From positions 158,235 through 203,743 of the forward strand of contig MFUV01000010.1 in NCBI GenBank assembly GCA_001787005.1: a DNA stretch of 45,509 nt, in the 5' to 3' direction. Below the pieces are notes generated by a model. The model was not told the origin of the DNA, ran no database searches, and was given only the letters and a program-made list of their open reading frames with translations. Positions 19,174-28,931 of the stretch are shown piece after piece. Numbering within the stretch: position 1 is the stretch's first letter; every line of letters begins with the position of its first letter. Source of the stretch: Candidatus Nomurabacteria bacterium RIFCSPLOWO2_01_FULL_39_18 (GTDB taxonomy: Bacteria > Patescibacteriota > Minisyncoccia > Phycocordibacterales > UBA9973). The translations under genes were made by a program, and so were the position numbers.

Positions 19174-19845
19174 TTATTTTAATAGAAATCTCAAGCTGGA
19201 AACTACACGTATTTTTTTGTATTCAGGTGAGCCGGGATCTTTGTCAGTGATGTCGAAGACTCCCTGATTCCCTCGAGAGATGCCGCCTAGGCTTGACCCA
19301 GACTCCTCTGCGAATTGCTCGGCTGACGCTTTGGCATTCTTGATGGCTTCGGCGAGCATTTCTGGTTTGATGCTATTGATATCCGAAAATTGAAACTCAA
19401 TGGAGTTCTGATTTAAGGTAACTCCCCTCTTAACTAGAAGCAAAGTATCTTTAGAGGCAGATCGAACTAGATCGACTTTTTTAGTATAGACAGACAATTG
19501 CGTATTGGAGTTATATCTGAACAATGCGTCTCTGTATGTATCTTGATAAATATTAACTGGAGCAACATTTATCTCAGAAGCTTCAAAACCCTTTTCTTGT
19601 AGAAAAGTATTTATCGCGGAAGTATTCTTTTCTATGTCAGCATAAAGTGAATCAATATTATTTGATTTAACTTCAAAATTCATTGTCCAGATAGCAACAT
19701 CTGCCTTGACTATCCTCTCCGAGAGCCCTTTCACTTCGACAAATGATCCTTGTTTCGAAAAATTATGCGCCGACACAAAAAACACTATGGAAAAAATAAG
19801 CGAAGCAACCCCCAAAATCCAAAGATTATTCTTTATATTATCCAT
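19174..19845 (-). CDS. SIMPL (DUF541) domain protein
   Basis: N-terminal TM, VEVKGLSER.V.AD, KPEML.EA..NA...AEQFA, K.IRVVS. Confidence 0.85.
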   Translation of the reverse strand: MDNIKNNLWILGVASLIFSIVFFVSAHNFSKQGSFVEVKGLSERIVKADVAIWTMNFEVKSNNIDSLYADIEKNTSAINTFLQEKGFEASEINVAPVNIYQDTYRDALFRYNSNTQLSVYTKKVDLVRSASKDTLLLVKRGVTLNQNSIEFQFSDINSIKPEMLAEAIKNAKASAEQFAEESGSSLGGISRGNQGVFDITDKDPGSPEYKKIRVVSSLRFLLK

Positions 19846-19907
19846 ACTTATATTATACCAAAAAATTAGAGGTAAAAGCAAATTTTTTTGACAAAATTAA
19901 CCAATAA

Positions 19908-19960
19908 TTCTAAAGGACATGACATTATTCTATCGGACATTGATAATGTCCTTTATAGAA
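19908..19960. promoter_or_regulatory. Array A of GGACAT/ATGTCC boxes
   Basis: TTCTAAAGGACAT, TTCTATCGGACAT (20-bp period) and inverted ATGTCCTTTATAGAA. Confidence 0.6.
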
Positions 19961-20191
19961 ATTGGCATTTTTTAATCGGTCACGTTTTTCACTTTATATC
20001 TTGACTTATACACCTTATACACAGTGTCAATTGACAAATATTTCATATTATGGTAGCGTCCTTCTGTGTATATGTAATAATCTTTACTCATGAACGACTT
20101 AGTGTTTGGAACTTGTTTGTGTTTTTCTTTTCAGTTTTCTAATTTAATCTTATTATTAAAAGTCCGTATAAAAATTATTATTTAAATATTT

Positions 20192-23155
20192 ATGAAAAAA
20201 TTTACAAGAATAGTCGTATTTGTTTTGTTATTTTCTCTCATGAGTTTCAGTTTTCACAGAGTGATCTCTGCTGAATTAGAAAATACTGAAACTCTAATTT
20301 GCAACCCAAACGTTGAACTCCTCCAAAATGGTGGTTTTGAAGACGTGGAGGTAACAGACTCTAAAAAGTGGACTATTTTCCCTTGGGATACTCCTGGTTT
20401 GGGTTGGACATCAAATACATTAGTTTATGGTCTTGAAATACAAGCTGGCTATTCTGAAGACGATCTTCCATGGTTAGCGCACAGCGGATCTCAATATGCC
20501 GAGATTGATGGTGGTGATACTCAGCGAGTACTTCAGAACATAGCCACGATCCCAGGCGCTACTTACGAAATATCTTTTGCTTACTCTCCAAGACCTCACA
20601 TCGCTCTAGCCGACAACAGAACAAGTATTCTCGCAAACGATACTGTTCTAGGGACAGTCTCTGCTGACGGTACTTCTCTGACAAATACAGATTGGAAAAC
20701 AAAAAAATATTCTCACGTTGCTACGACTGCCAACACTGCTTTCGCGCTCCTTGACACTAGCGAAGAACTCGTGCCTACAGGTACTGGAATGTTTATAGAT
20801 AGTGTCAGTGTGAAGTGTCATTCATTGCCGCAACTGCCTCAGTGCTCCGATACTGTGGACAACGATGATCCAGAAGATTCTCTCGCCGACGCGAATGATC
20901 CGGGCTGTCACACGGACTTGCACGCAGATAATGCGGCATCATACGATCCGGATGATAACAATGAAACGAATGCGCCGATTCCACAGTGTGATGACAATCA
21001 AGACAATGATGGAGACAATCTCGTAGATACAAATGACCCAGGTTGCCACACTGATGGCAATCCAGATAATGCCGCAACATATGACCCGACCGATAATGAT
21101 GAAACAAATGCGCCAGCTCCAGGAACCAAATCCATCACGATGACAAAAATCGTCTGCCCCAATGAGACAGATCTTCCAAATTGGAGCGGGGCTGATGTAT
21201 CGATCGGCGCGACTACAGCCACAGACTTCATCACAAGTCACCCGCAGTGCCGCCTCGAACCGAACTGGCAATTTCAAGTTATATATTGGGGACCAGATAT
21301 TCAAAATGCTCCTGTTGATCCAGGCGGATCTTTTGTCGGTCCTGCCCCTCTACCATGGATAACGATCCCTAGCACAACAAACGCAAATGGAGTCCTGACA
21401 ACCACATTTAATACTGAAGATGTCTGGCATTTCTGGGTAAGAGAAGTTCTAAAAGATGGTTACATCCCCTTCGGAGGAGAGACAGGCAATCTTCCGGGCT
21501 CTAACATTTCCGCTGAAATGTACTGCAACAATGATGTATCAAATTACGACAACCTCGAACAAGGCGATGGTCCTGAAATGAGCTTTCATTGTGTAGCCTT
21601 CAACGTAGCAGAGGTTCCAGATAATTCTGTCTGCCCAGCAGGAAGCCCAGAAGTTACACTCCCGGCCACTGATGAAGACGGCGTAGCTTATACTAACAAT
21701 CTAGGAGATGGCACTTTCAAAGTTGAAATGACTTCGCCAGTTGGTTTGATTGATTCGGAGTATAGCAACTATTCTTGGGGCAATTGGACGACGGACAGCC
21801 AAGCTCGATTCCACGGCAGTTCGCTTTTCATAGTTAAAAATCAAGCCGTAGCCTTCGGTCCTGATACTGAACCAGTTACAATGCCTCTCGGAGGCCAGAG
21901 AGTTTCTAACGCCTTGACGAGTATCAGTTCTCTCCTCCTTGATCCTCCTTATGATCTAAGCAGAACGAAGGTTGCCAACGGCGCAAGAGGAGTGGGTGTA
22001 AATCTAGATTTGCAGAATGGCGATACTCTTAATTTCATCGTGAACGCCATCGGGGGCATCGGTGAGCTTCAAGGAAGCTATGCCAAGAATGTCGGATCAG
22101 TTCACATTCGTATTTGTAAAACTGCAAATGGAGGAGGCGGAGGCGGAAATAATTCCCCTGTCGCTAATGCTGGTCCTGACCAAATAATTACACTTCCAAG
22201 TAATTTAGTTCAATTCAACGGAGAAAATAGTACTGATTCGGATGGAACAATCACATCTTACGTCTGGAGTTTTGTTTCAGGCCCTTCAAATATTAATCCC
22301 GCAGATGTTGTGTCTCCAGCGGTAGAAGGAGGATTTGTGGCTGGCACTTATGTTTTCAAATTGACTGTTACAGATGATGACGGCGCTACGGATGATGATG
22401 AAGTTACAATTACGGTAAATCCTGCAGTGGAAAATTCACAATGCAACGACAACATAGACAATGCTGACCCTGAAGACACACTAGTAGACGAGAATGATCC
22501 TGGATGCCACACTGATGGAAATGCAAATAATGCAAATTCATATAATGCGAATGATAACGATGAAACGGATGTTGCCTCCCCGGAAAATAATAGTGGCGGA
22601 GGCGGAGGCGGAGGCGGAAGACGCACTAGGCAGTGTAATGACAACAGGGATAACAATGACCCTGAAGACACTCTAATAGATGAAGATGATCCAGGTTGTC
22701 ACTCTGACGGCAACGCAAATAACGCTGATTCTTATGTTCGAAATGATAATGACGAGGAGAATGGAAGAGTTTTGGGCGAACAGACTTCTTGCGGTATCTA
22801 TGTGGAAAAGTACCTTCGAGTAGGCTATAAAAATGATGTAACTGCAGTGGTAAAGGTGCAAACGTTCTTAAATAACTACATGAATGCTGGTCTTGTAACA
22901 GACGGGGTATATGGACCCCTGACTGAAGCCGCTGTTAGAAACTTCCAGCTTGCCCATAATGATAAAGTATTAAGACCATGGGGCATAGACGAGACAACTG
23001 GCATATTCTACCTCACGACTCAAACAGAAATGAACAATATCATGTGTCCAGACCTTGGTTTAGGTATTCCTGCTCCCCTCATCAACTGGAGCGCTGGAGT
23101 CTACAACACCCCAGCACCGATACCCGGGGCAACCACTGTAGCTCTTAATATTTAA
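20192..23155 (+). CDS. Secreted multidomain surface protein (DUF642-like jelly roll, 4 Cys/Asp repeats, PKD, peptidoglycan-binding domain)
   Basis: Signal peptide; LLQNGGFE; QCxDxxDNDxxD.L.D..DPGCH x4; PVANAGPDQ...DSDGTITSYVW; DGVYGPLTEAAVRNFQ. Confidence 0.85.
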   Translation: MKKFTRIVVFVLLFSLMSFSFHRVISAELENTETLICNPNVELLQNGGFEDVEVTDSKKWTIFPWDTPGLGWTSNTLVYGLEIQAGYSEDDLPWLAHSGSQYAEIDGGDTQRVLQNIATIPGATYEISFAYSPRPHIALADNRTSILANDTVLGTVSADGTSLTNTDWKTKKYSHVATTANTAFALLDTSEELVPTGTGMFIDSVSVKCHSLPQLPQCSDTVDNDDPEDSLADANDPGCHTDLHADNAASYDPDDNNETNAPIPQCDDNQDNDGDNLVDTNDPGCHTDGNPDNAATYDPTDNDETNAPAPGTKSITMTKIVCPNETDLPNWSGADVSIGATTATDFITSHPQCRLEPNWQFQVIYWGPDIQNAPVDPGGSFVGPAPLPWITIPSTTNANGVLTTTFNTEDVWHFWVREVLKDGYIPFGGETGNLPGSNISAEMYCNNDVSNYDNLEQGDGPEMSFHCVAFNVAEVPDNSVCPAGSPEVTLPATDEDGVAYTNNLGDGTFKVEMTSPVGLIDSEYSNYSWGNWTTDSQARFHGSSLFIVKNQAVAFGPDTEPVTMPLGGQRVSNALTSISSLLLDPPYDLSRTKVANGARGVGVNLDLQNGDTLNFIVNAIGGIGELQGSYAKNVGSVHIRICKTANGGGGGGNNSPVANAGPDQIITLPSNLVQFNGENSTDSDGTITSYVWSFVSGPSNINPADVVSPAVEGGFVAGTYVFKLTVTDDDGATDDDEVTITVNPAVENSQCNDNIDNADPEDTLVDENDPGCHTDGNANNANSYNANDNDETDVASPENNSGGGGGGGGRRTRQCNDNRDNNDPEDTLIDEDDPGCHSDGNANNADSYVRNDNDEENGRVLGEQTSCGIYVEKYLRVGYKNDVTAVVKVQTFLNNYMNAGLVTDGVYGPLTEAAVRNFQLAHNDKVLRPWGIDETTGIFYLTTQTEMNNIMCPDLGLGIPAPLINWSAGVYNTPAPIPGATTVALNI

Positions 23156-23168
23156 TCAATACTCTACC

Positions 23169-23199
23169 CAAAAAACCCTGATTTTATCAGGGCTGTTTG
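23169..23199 (+). terminator. Probable intrinsic terminator
   Basis: CCCTGAT/ATCAGGG stem just after the stop codon. Confidence 0.55.
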
Positions 23200-23218
23200 A
23201 GTTGGAGCTTTCTATCGA

Positions 23219-23295
23219 TTTCTAAAGGACATTTATCACCTCATGTCCTTTATAAAGGACTTATGTCCGATAAAAGACATACTGTGTCCGATAGA
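23219..23295. promoter_or_regulatory. Array B of GGACAT/ATGTCC boxes
   Basis: TTCTAAAGGACAT, ATGTCCTTTATA, AAGGACTT, ATGTCCGATA, AAGACAT, GTGTCCGATAGAA. Confidence 0.6.
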
Positions 23296-23320
23296 ATCTA
23301 CAAGGCAACGCCTTGTAGAT
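23296..23320. repeat. Perfect 11-bp hairpin ATCTACAAGGC-AAC-GCCTTGTAGAT
   Basis: Seen directly; no U tract. Confidence 0.7.
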
Positions 23321-23498
23321 GTCTTTTACTTTTTCTATTGGACTTATCCACCTTTAATACACAAAAACTTGATTGACATCGAATTTTAAAATGAAATATA
23401 ATTAACCCTGGTTCGTCTTAACCATAGCGAGTTCCATATTGGCGATAATATGGAAAAATATTATTAATTTGTATTATTAAAATAATTTTTAGAAAAAA

Positions 23499-26231
23499 AT
23501 GTTATCTATAATAAAAAATATGAGTTTGAGTATGAAGGTTTTAGCTTTCGGAGTTTTAGTCGCGATTGCATTGTTTGGGGTTGTGATAAATATAGCAAAT
23601 GCACACTCTGATCCAGGTGGATGTAGTTCAACTGGTCCGGCCCTATTATTAGGAGTATTTACAGTTGACGGTACAACACCTGTGTTTTCTGCCAGTCCCG
23701 GAGACACAATATATTACAAAGCAACCCTTACTCATGTTGGACCACCTCAATGCAACTATGGGGGTGGAGACCTTGATATCACATTACCTAACAGCACCTC
23801 CGTTGATGTAGATGGCGGACTAGTTCCGTTAGTAAGCTTTGGCGTTCCGTTTAATTCCGCTTTGGCACCTTATGTGGTTAACAGTGCTGACGTTGGTATA
23901 GATGGGGACCTGGATGCTTCCGCAATTTATGCAGAAGGAACATCTCATTTTGGTGATAATGACGTTACGCCGGTCGGCGCCACTACTCCTACAGCTACAC
24001 CATTTGTAAAACTCGATTCTACAACCGTTACTCAAATCCACGATGCCTCAGAAGCTGTAGTTACTTCAGTCGTTGCGGGTTCAACTGTTCATGATAAAGC
24101 CACAGTATCTCCAGCCACTTCTGGTCCGATTCCAACTGGAGATGTTGACTTTGTATTCTACACAGGATCAAGTCAGTGTACTGGTGATTCGGTGGCTTCA
24201 GGTACTGACATTCCTTTAGTCGCTGGTATAGCTCATCCTTCTTCTTCTCAAGGACCACTGGTACCTGGTTTTTATTCCTTCCAGGCTTCCTACAGCGGTG
24301 ATGCTGACTACAATTCTTCAGTAGGTGCTTGCGAGCCACTTTCGGTAGTGGCTGCTCGAATCTCGATTGGCACAACTGACACTAATGTTGTAAACGATCC
24401 TCACACTTTTACTGTGACTGTAGAAAGAAATGATGGTAGTGGTTGGATTGCGGCCAGCAATGAAGATGTTGCTGAGTCCGAGATTGGTATTGGAAGCATC
24501 ACTGGAGGAACGTGTACTATTGGTAACACCAACATTAGTGGTCAGTGTACAATCATTGTTAGCTCAGCAACTCCAGGACAATCTACGGTAAATGCATCAG
24601 CTGTAGTCGGTATCGGCAATATTAATATTGCTGTTGCAACAGATGGTAATGGCGCATTCAATATTTCAAATATTAAGACTTGGGTGGATGCTCGAATTAC
24701 AATCTCTCAATCTGGAACAAACCCTGTAAATTCTCCCCATACGTTTACTGTTTTCGTAGAAAAGAATGATGGTATAGTAGGATGGGTAGATGCTTCTGGT
24801 GTAACGATTAGCTCAAGCATCACGGGCACGGGATCTATTACAGGAGGCACTTGCGGTCCATCTGGTCCAACGGATGTAAATGGAGAATGTACAGTACAGA
24901 TAAATTCTCCAACTCCTGGAGTTGGAACTGTCAATGCAGGCGGTACAGTAAATGTGGGTGGGCTAAACGTTGCTGTTGCAACTAATGGCTATGGAGCTCA
25001 TGACATCAGCAACCAGAAAACTTGGGTGGCGGGTTCAATAGTTATAATCAAAAACACCGTACCAGATGATGAAACTGATTTTGCTTTCACTACAAATACT
25101 CTTCCTGATGGAGCATTCTCATTGGAAGATGACGGAGATAATGTTGATGAACTAAGCAACACAAAGACATACAGCGGTCTTGTTCCTGGCGCATACGATG
25201 TTGCCGAAACAGCAAACCCGGCTTATTCAACCGTTTCTGACTGCGATAGCACAGAGCAAGGAGATCAAAGTACGCCGGGCGCAATTGATCTTGACGCAGG
25301 CGAAACTGTGACTTGTACTTTCACAAACACTTTGAACGGTGGCAGAATTGAAATTGAAAAGCAGACTACTCCAGCAGGAAGCGCGCAATCATTCGGATTT
25401 ACCGGAGAGATAGTTACTTCTCTCGTTGATAATGGAGTAGAGGGTAAAGATGTCGTGGCAGGACAATACTCGGTAACAGAAGGCGCTACAACAGGATGGA
25501 CTTTGAGTTCAATTGTATGTAATGACCAAAATAGTTCTGGTAATGGTAGTACTGCCAATTTTACTGTCGAACCGGGAGAAACAGTACGATGTGTGTTCAA
25601 TAATACTGAAAATCCAGGTCACATAATCATAGTGAAGCAAACGAATCCGGATGGAAACCCGCAGAGTTTTGAATTTGATCCTAGTTATGGCAACAACTTT
25701 AACCTGACAGATGGAAATCAAAATGACAGCGGAGCATTAGCGGCTGGCGCATATTCAGTGGCTGAAGTGAATCTTCCAGCTAACTGGAGTCTATCAAGCG
25801 CTACGTGTAGTGATCAGTCTCCAGTAAACAATATACAGCTTGAAGCAGGAGAAACCGTAACTTGTACATTCACAAATACCTTTACCCCTCCAGCAACTCA
25901 AGGTTGCTCGCCAGGATACTGGAAACAAGACCAGCACTTTGATTCGTATAATATATACGGACCTACTGATCTCTTCGACACTGTGTTCGATGAAACAGTA
26001 TTTCCTGGTATGACTCTTGTTGATGTATTAAGTCAAGGCGGAGGAGGAATCAATGCTCTTGGAAGAATCATCACAGGTGCGTTATTAAATGCCGACAGCA
26101 TTCCTGATTACCCAGGTACCGCCGGCGATGTAATATCAGATTTTCAAGGAGTATTTCCAGGCACAAAGGATGCATACAATGCACTTAAGGCAGAGTATGA
26201 AGCATTGCAGGATCCTTGTCCTCTTAACTAG
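23499..26231 (+). CDS. Secreted Ig-like and SpaA/prealbumin-like repeat surface protein
   Basis: Signal peptide; two HTFTV...KTWV Ig-like repeats; three I.I.K.T.P...GETV.C.F.N repeats; C-terminal GCSPGYWK. Confidence 0.82.
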   Translation: MLSIIKNMSLSMKVLAFGVLVAIALFGVVINIANAHSDPGGCSSTGPALLLGVFTVDGTTPVFSASPGDTIYYKATLTHVGPPQCNYGGGDLDITLPNSTSVDVDGGLVPLVSFGVPFNSALAPYVVNSADVGIDGDLDASAIYAEGTSHFGDNDVTPVGATTPTATPFVKLDSTTVTQIHDASEAVVTSVVAGSTVHDKATVSPATSGPIPTGDVDFVFYTGSSQCTGDSVASGTDIPLVAGIAHPSSSQGPLVPGFYSFQASYSGDADYNSSVGACEPLSVVAARISIGTTDTNVVNDPHTFTVTVERNDGSGWIAASNEDVAESEIGIGSITGGTCTIGNTNISGQCTIIVSSATPGQSTVNASAVVGIGNINIAVATDGNGAFNISNIKTWVDARITISQSGTNPVNSPHTFTVFVEKNDGIVGWVDASGVTISSSITGTGSITGGTCGPSGPTDVNGECTVQINSPTPGVGTVNAGGTVNVGGLNVAVATNGYGAHDISNQKTWVAGSIVIIKNTVPDDETDFAFTTNTLPDGAFSLEDDGDNVDELSNTKTYSGLVPGAYDVAETANPAYSTVSDCDSTEQGDQSTPGAIDLDAGETVTCTFTNTLNGGRIEIEKQTTPAGSAQSFGFTGEIVTSLVDNGVEGKDVVAGQYSVTEGATTGWTLSSIVCNDQNSSGNGSTANFTVEPGETVRCVFNNTENPGHIIIVKQTNPDGNPQSFEFDPSYGNNFNLTDGNQNDSGALAAGAYSVAEVNLPANWSLSSATCSDQSPVNNIQLEAGETVTCTFTNTFTPPATQGCSPGYWKQDQHFDSYNIYGPTDLFDTVFDETVFPGMTLVDVLSQGGGGINALGRIITGALLNADSIPDYPGTAGDVISDFQGVFPGTKDAYNALKAEYEALQDPCPLN

Positions 26232-26316
26232 TAAATTATTAAATAACAACAAATGCTTCACTGGTGAGGGGTGAAGTGTTTGTGATTAAAAGTCAGAATC
26301 CTCGCAAAAATAAAAT

Positions 26317-26967
26317 ATGACAAAAAGTATAAAAATAGGAGTAAGTGTTTTGGTTCTAGCTGTTTTGGCTTTAGTTATAGCATTTATGCCACTAGTAAGT
26401 AGCGCGACTGGCAACGGCGCACCAAGCGGTGCGCATTACAACTTGAATATTATTGGAGTCTCGAAAGGCAAAACTGCCGATATGACTGGTTCAAATGGTC
26501 ATCGTATCTTTGTGCCACTTGTGGGAAACTGCAAGATAAACCTTTCGATCGGCGACTTCCAGGTGCTTGATGGAAATTGTACGGACGGACCATCAACATT
26601 TCAGCTTCCAAATCCTGACCCAGATAACGATGGCGTAACTGCATACAGTGTCTACGCTCGGGCTCTCGGCAAACCAGGAGGTTCGGCTGTAGCAACTACT
26701 TGTTACGACGATGTAGCTGGTGACACCTGGTGCTCAACTGAAAATGTAGTTCTTGTACGCGGAACAGGCAAGTCAAACTTCACAAATGTTAGTAAGCAAC
26801 TTCTCACTCTCTGCTTAGACACAGACGGTGATGGAACTTGCGATGTACGTGAGGGATTGTTTGATAACGAGTTGAATAACTACTTCTGGAGCTACAACAA
26901 TGATGGCTTAAAGTTGGCTCAACTTCGCTTCTACGAGATTCCAACTAATGTTGGAACGACTCCGTAG
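26317..26967 (+). CDS. Secreted Cys-containing hypothetical protein
   Basis: Signal peptide; GNGAPSGAHYNLNIIG; DTDGDG Ca-loop-like motif; 6 Cys. Confidence 0.8.
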   Translation: MTKSIKIGVSVLVLAVLALVIAFMPLVSSATGNGAPSGAHYNLNIIGVSKGKTADMTGSNGHRIFVPLVGNCKINLSIGDFQVLDGNCTDGPSTFQLPNPDPDNDGVTAYSVYARALGKPGGSAVATTCYDDVAGDTWCSTENVVLVRGTGKSNFTNVSKQLLTLCLDTDGDGTCDVREGLFDNELNNYFWSYNNDGLKLAQLRFYEIPTNVGTTP

Positions 26968-26991
26968 TTTCCCCACAGCTCAGTATAATCG

Positions 26992-27021
26992 CAAAAAACC
27001 CGCCAAGTGGCGGGTTTTTTG
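26992..27021 (+). terminator. Intrinsic terminator
   Basis: CAAAAAACCCGCC-AAGT-GGCGGGTTTTTTG. Confidence 0.9.
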
Positions 27022-27102
27022 TTTATAAAGTTATCCACCTACGACTGTTGTATTGAAAAATGATATAATGACCAACATATTATTAGTTAATATTTAAAAA
27101 AT

Positions 27103-27285
27103 ATGGAAAAAAGAAAAATAGCAGATTGTAGAAAATTTCCAAGTGAGAAGAATTGTTCGGTGTGCATATCGGGAAGTGAGGCAGAGGTAGTGCCTTTGGC
27201 AGTGCATCATGCCGTAAAAGACCATGGCCATGAAGACACACCTGAATTGCACGCAGACATTAAGAAGATGCTTGCAGATGAGTAA
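27103..27285 (+). CDS. DUF1059-like small metal-binding protein
   Basis: DCR.FPSE.NCS..ISG...EV......HA...HGH. Confidence 0.8.
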   Translation: MEKRKIADCRKFPSEKNCSVCISGSEAEVVPLAVHHAVKDHGHEDTPELHADIKKMLADE

Positions 27286-27320
27286 CATTTGGTAAAATCA
27301 ACGTAACAATTTGATTTGCA

Positions 27321-27349
27321 CAAAAACCACCACAAAAAGGTGGTTTTTG
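27321..27349 (+). terminator. Intrinsic terminator
   Basis: CAAAAACCACC...GGTGGTTTTTG. Confidence 0.8.
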
Positions 27350-27387
27350 GTTTAGGAAAAATGCGAGAAATATGATATAATGGACGT

Positions 27388-27611
27388 ATGAAACTTAGAC
27401 AATCCCTGTTTTGGGACACTGATGTAAAAAATATAGATTTAAAAAAAACGCACGCTACGTCATAGAGCGCGTGCTTGAATTTGGCAGGCCCAATGAAGTG
27501 GGCTGGGTCATTAAAAATTACCCAAAAAGTGAGATAAGAAATGTTATGAATCTTCCGCGAAGCCAAGTACACCCTAAATCAAAAGCTTTATGGTCACTGG
27601 TACTAAAATAG
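27388..27611 (+). pseudogene. DUF6922-like antitoxin partner frameshifted at an A8 run
   Basis: MKLRQSLFWDTDVKNIDLKK, then in the -1 frame NARYVIERVLEFG...ALWSLVLK*; A8 run at 27441-27448. Confidence 0.75.
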
Positions 27612-27613
27612 AT

Positions 27614-27859
27614 TTGAAAGATATTCATTTTGAAACTCTCCCGCAAGTTACTAAAAATGCTTTTTTGCATTGTATTAATATGAAATTCTTTTCTTCTGGC
27701 AAATGGTATCTTGCTGGTGGTACAGCATTGGCACTTCAAGCTGGACACCGTAAATCTGTTGACCTTGATTTATATGTAAAAAGACTCAAAAATTTATACC
27801 ACAGAAAAATGATACAGGAAGGTAAGAATTCCCTTTTTTGTACGTCATGGTTTATATGA
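27614..27859 (+). pseudogene. Truncated AbiEii-family nucleotidyltransferase toxin
   Basis: WYLAGGTALALQAGHRKSVDLD motif, but the ORF is only ~81 aa. Confidence 0.8.
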
Positions 27860-27968
27860 ATCCCGTTAGAAATTTACATAACGGGAGGAAATTATAAGCT
27901 TAACAATAATCAACTATTTTTATATATCTACAAAATTATGTACGAATAGGATGATTTCTAAACGGGAT
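27860..27968. repeat. Element with imperfect inverted ends ATCCCGTTAGAAAT / ATTTCTAAACGGGAT and a left hairpin
   Basis: TCCCGTTA/TAACGGGA stem at 27861-27886; right end overlaps the ATG at 27967. Confidence 0.6.
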
Positions 27969-28776
27969 GAAAAAAATAACATTGTTTGGAAGTACGTTTA
28001 CAGCTTTAGCCTTAGGCTTTGCCATGGTGGCACAAGCTGCGACGTCGGTGCCAGCTATTACCTCTCCAGCTAATGGAGCGATAATTACCTCGGCACAGTT
28101 CGTCAAAGTCGATTGGGCGGATTCCACAGGGGGAACGGCTCCTTATGAGTATCAGTATGAGTCGTATTCTGATGCGGCTTATACAGCCAACCTCTTCATA
28201 AGCGGCTGGTTAGGAATCTCGGAGATCTCTACGGTGGGTTCAGCCGAGGGAGATTATTATGTCCGAGTTCGCGCGCGTGATGCCACGCTCGCGATGACAG
28301 ACTGGAGCAACGGCGCAGGAAATGTCCACAAGATTACCGTGGACAACACGCCCACGAACGTAGCCCCAGTTCTAGATGCCATTACTACCCCGAGAACTAT
28401 TCCTGAGCTGTCTCTCCATAACTTTACTGCCGTGGCAACTGATGCGAACTTCGGTGCTACCTTAACTTTCAGTCTCACTGGCAACCCAAGTGGTTCATCC
28501 ATTAACTCTTCAACAGGGGTCTTTGCTTGGACACCAAGTGAAGCGCAAGGCCCAGGAACTTACAAATTCAAAGTAAGAGTTTCGGATGGAAGCTTGAGAG
28601 ATAGTCAAATGGTAAAAATTCATGTAACGGAAGTAGGAGGAGATAACGACACTCCGCAGAATAAAAAAGAATGCAAAAAGGGTGGTTGGAAAACTTTCAC
28701 CAATTCTTCATTCAGAAATCAAGGACAGTGCATAAGATATGTCAATCATTTGAAATGGCACAGGCACGACGACTAA
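27967..28776 (+). CDS. Secreted protein with FN3-like and cadherin/Ig-like domains
   Basis: Signal peptide; YYVRVRA; NVAPVL...TFSL...INSSTGVFAWTP...VRVSDG; C-terminal CKKGGW...FRNQGQC. Confidence 0.8.
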   Translation: MKKITLFGSTFTALALGFAMVAQAATSVPAITSPANGAIITSAQFVKVDWADSTGGTAPYEYQYESYSDAAYTANLFISGWLGISEISTVGSAEGDYYVRVRARDATLAMTDWSNGAGNVHKITVDNTPTNVAPVLDAITTPRTIPELSLHNFTAVATDANFGATLTFSLTGNPSGSSINSSTGVFAWTPSEAQGPGTYKFKVRVSDGSLRDSQMVKIHVTEVGGDNDTPQNKKECKKGGWKTFTNSSFRNQGQCIRYVNHLKWHRHDD

Positions 28777-28801
28777 ATTGAAATAGTTTAGTGTCAAGCT
28801 A

Positions 28802-28830
28802 GACGAACCGCTCTAAAAGAGCGGTTCGTC
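28802..28830 (+). terminator. Hairpin, probable terminator
   Basis: GACGAACCGCTCT-AAA-AGAGCGGTTCGTC. Confidence 0.65.
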
Positions 28831-28931
28831 AGCGTTTATCAGTGTATTTTTACATGGACATAAGAATTTTTTTGTTGTATTTTTAGATTATAGGGCACAG
28901 TAAGAAATAGGTTGCCTGTACGTCTTTCCAT

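Noticed and set aside
19900-20190. Replication origin
   Set aside because: Only one or two DnaA-like boxes, no dnaA/dnaN nearby, and similar boxes recur at other promoters
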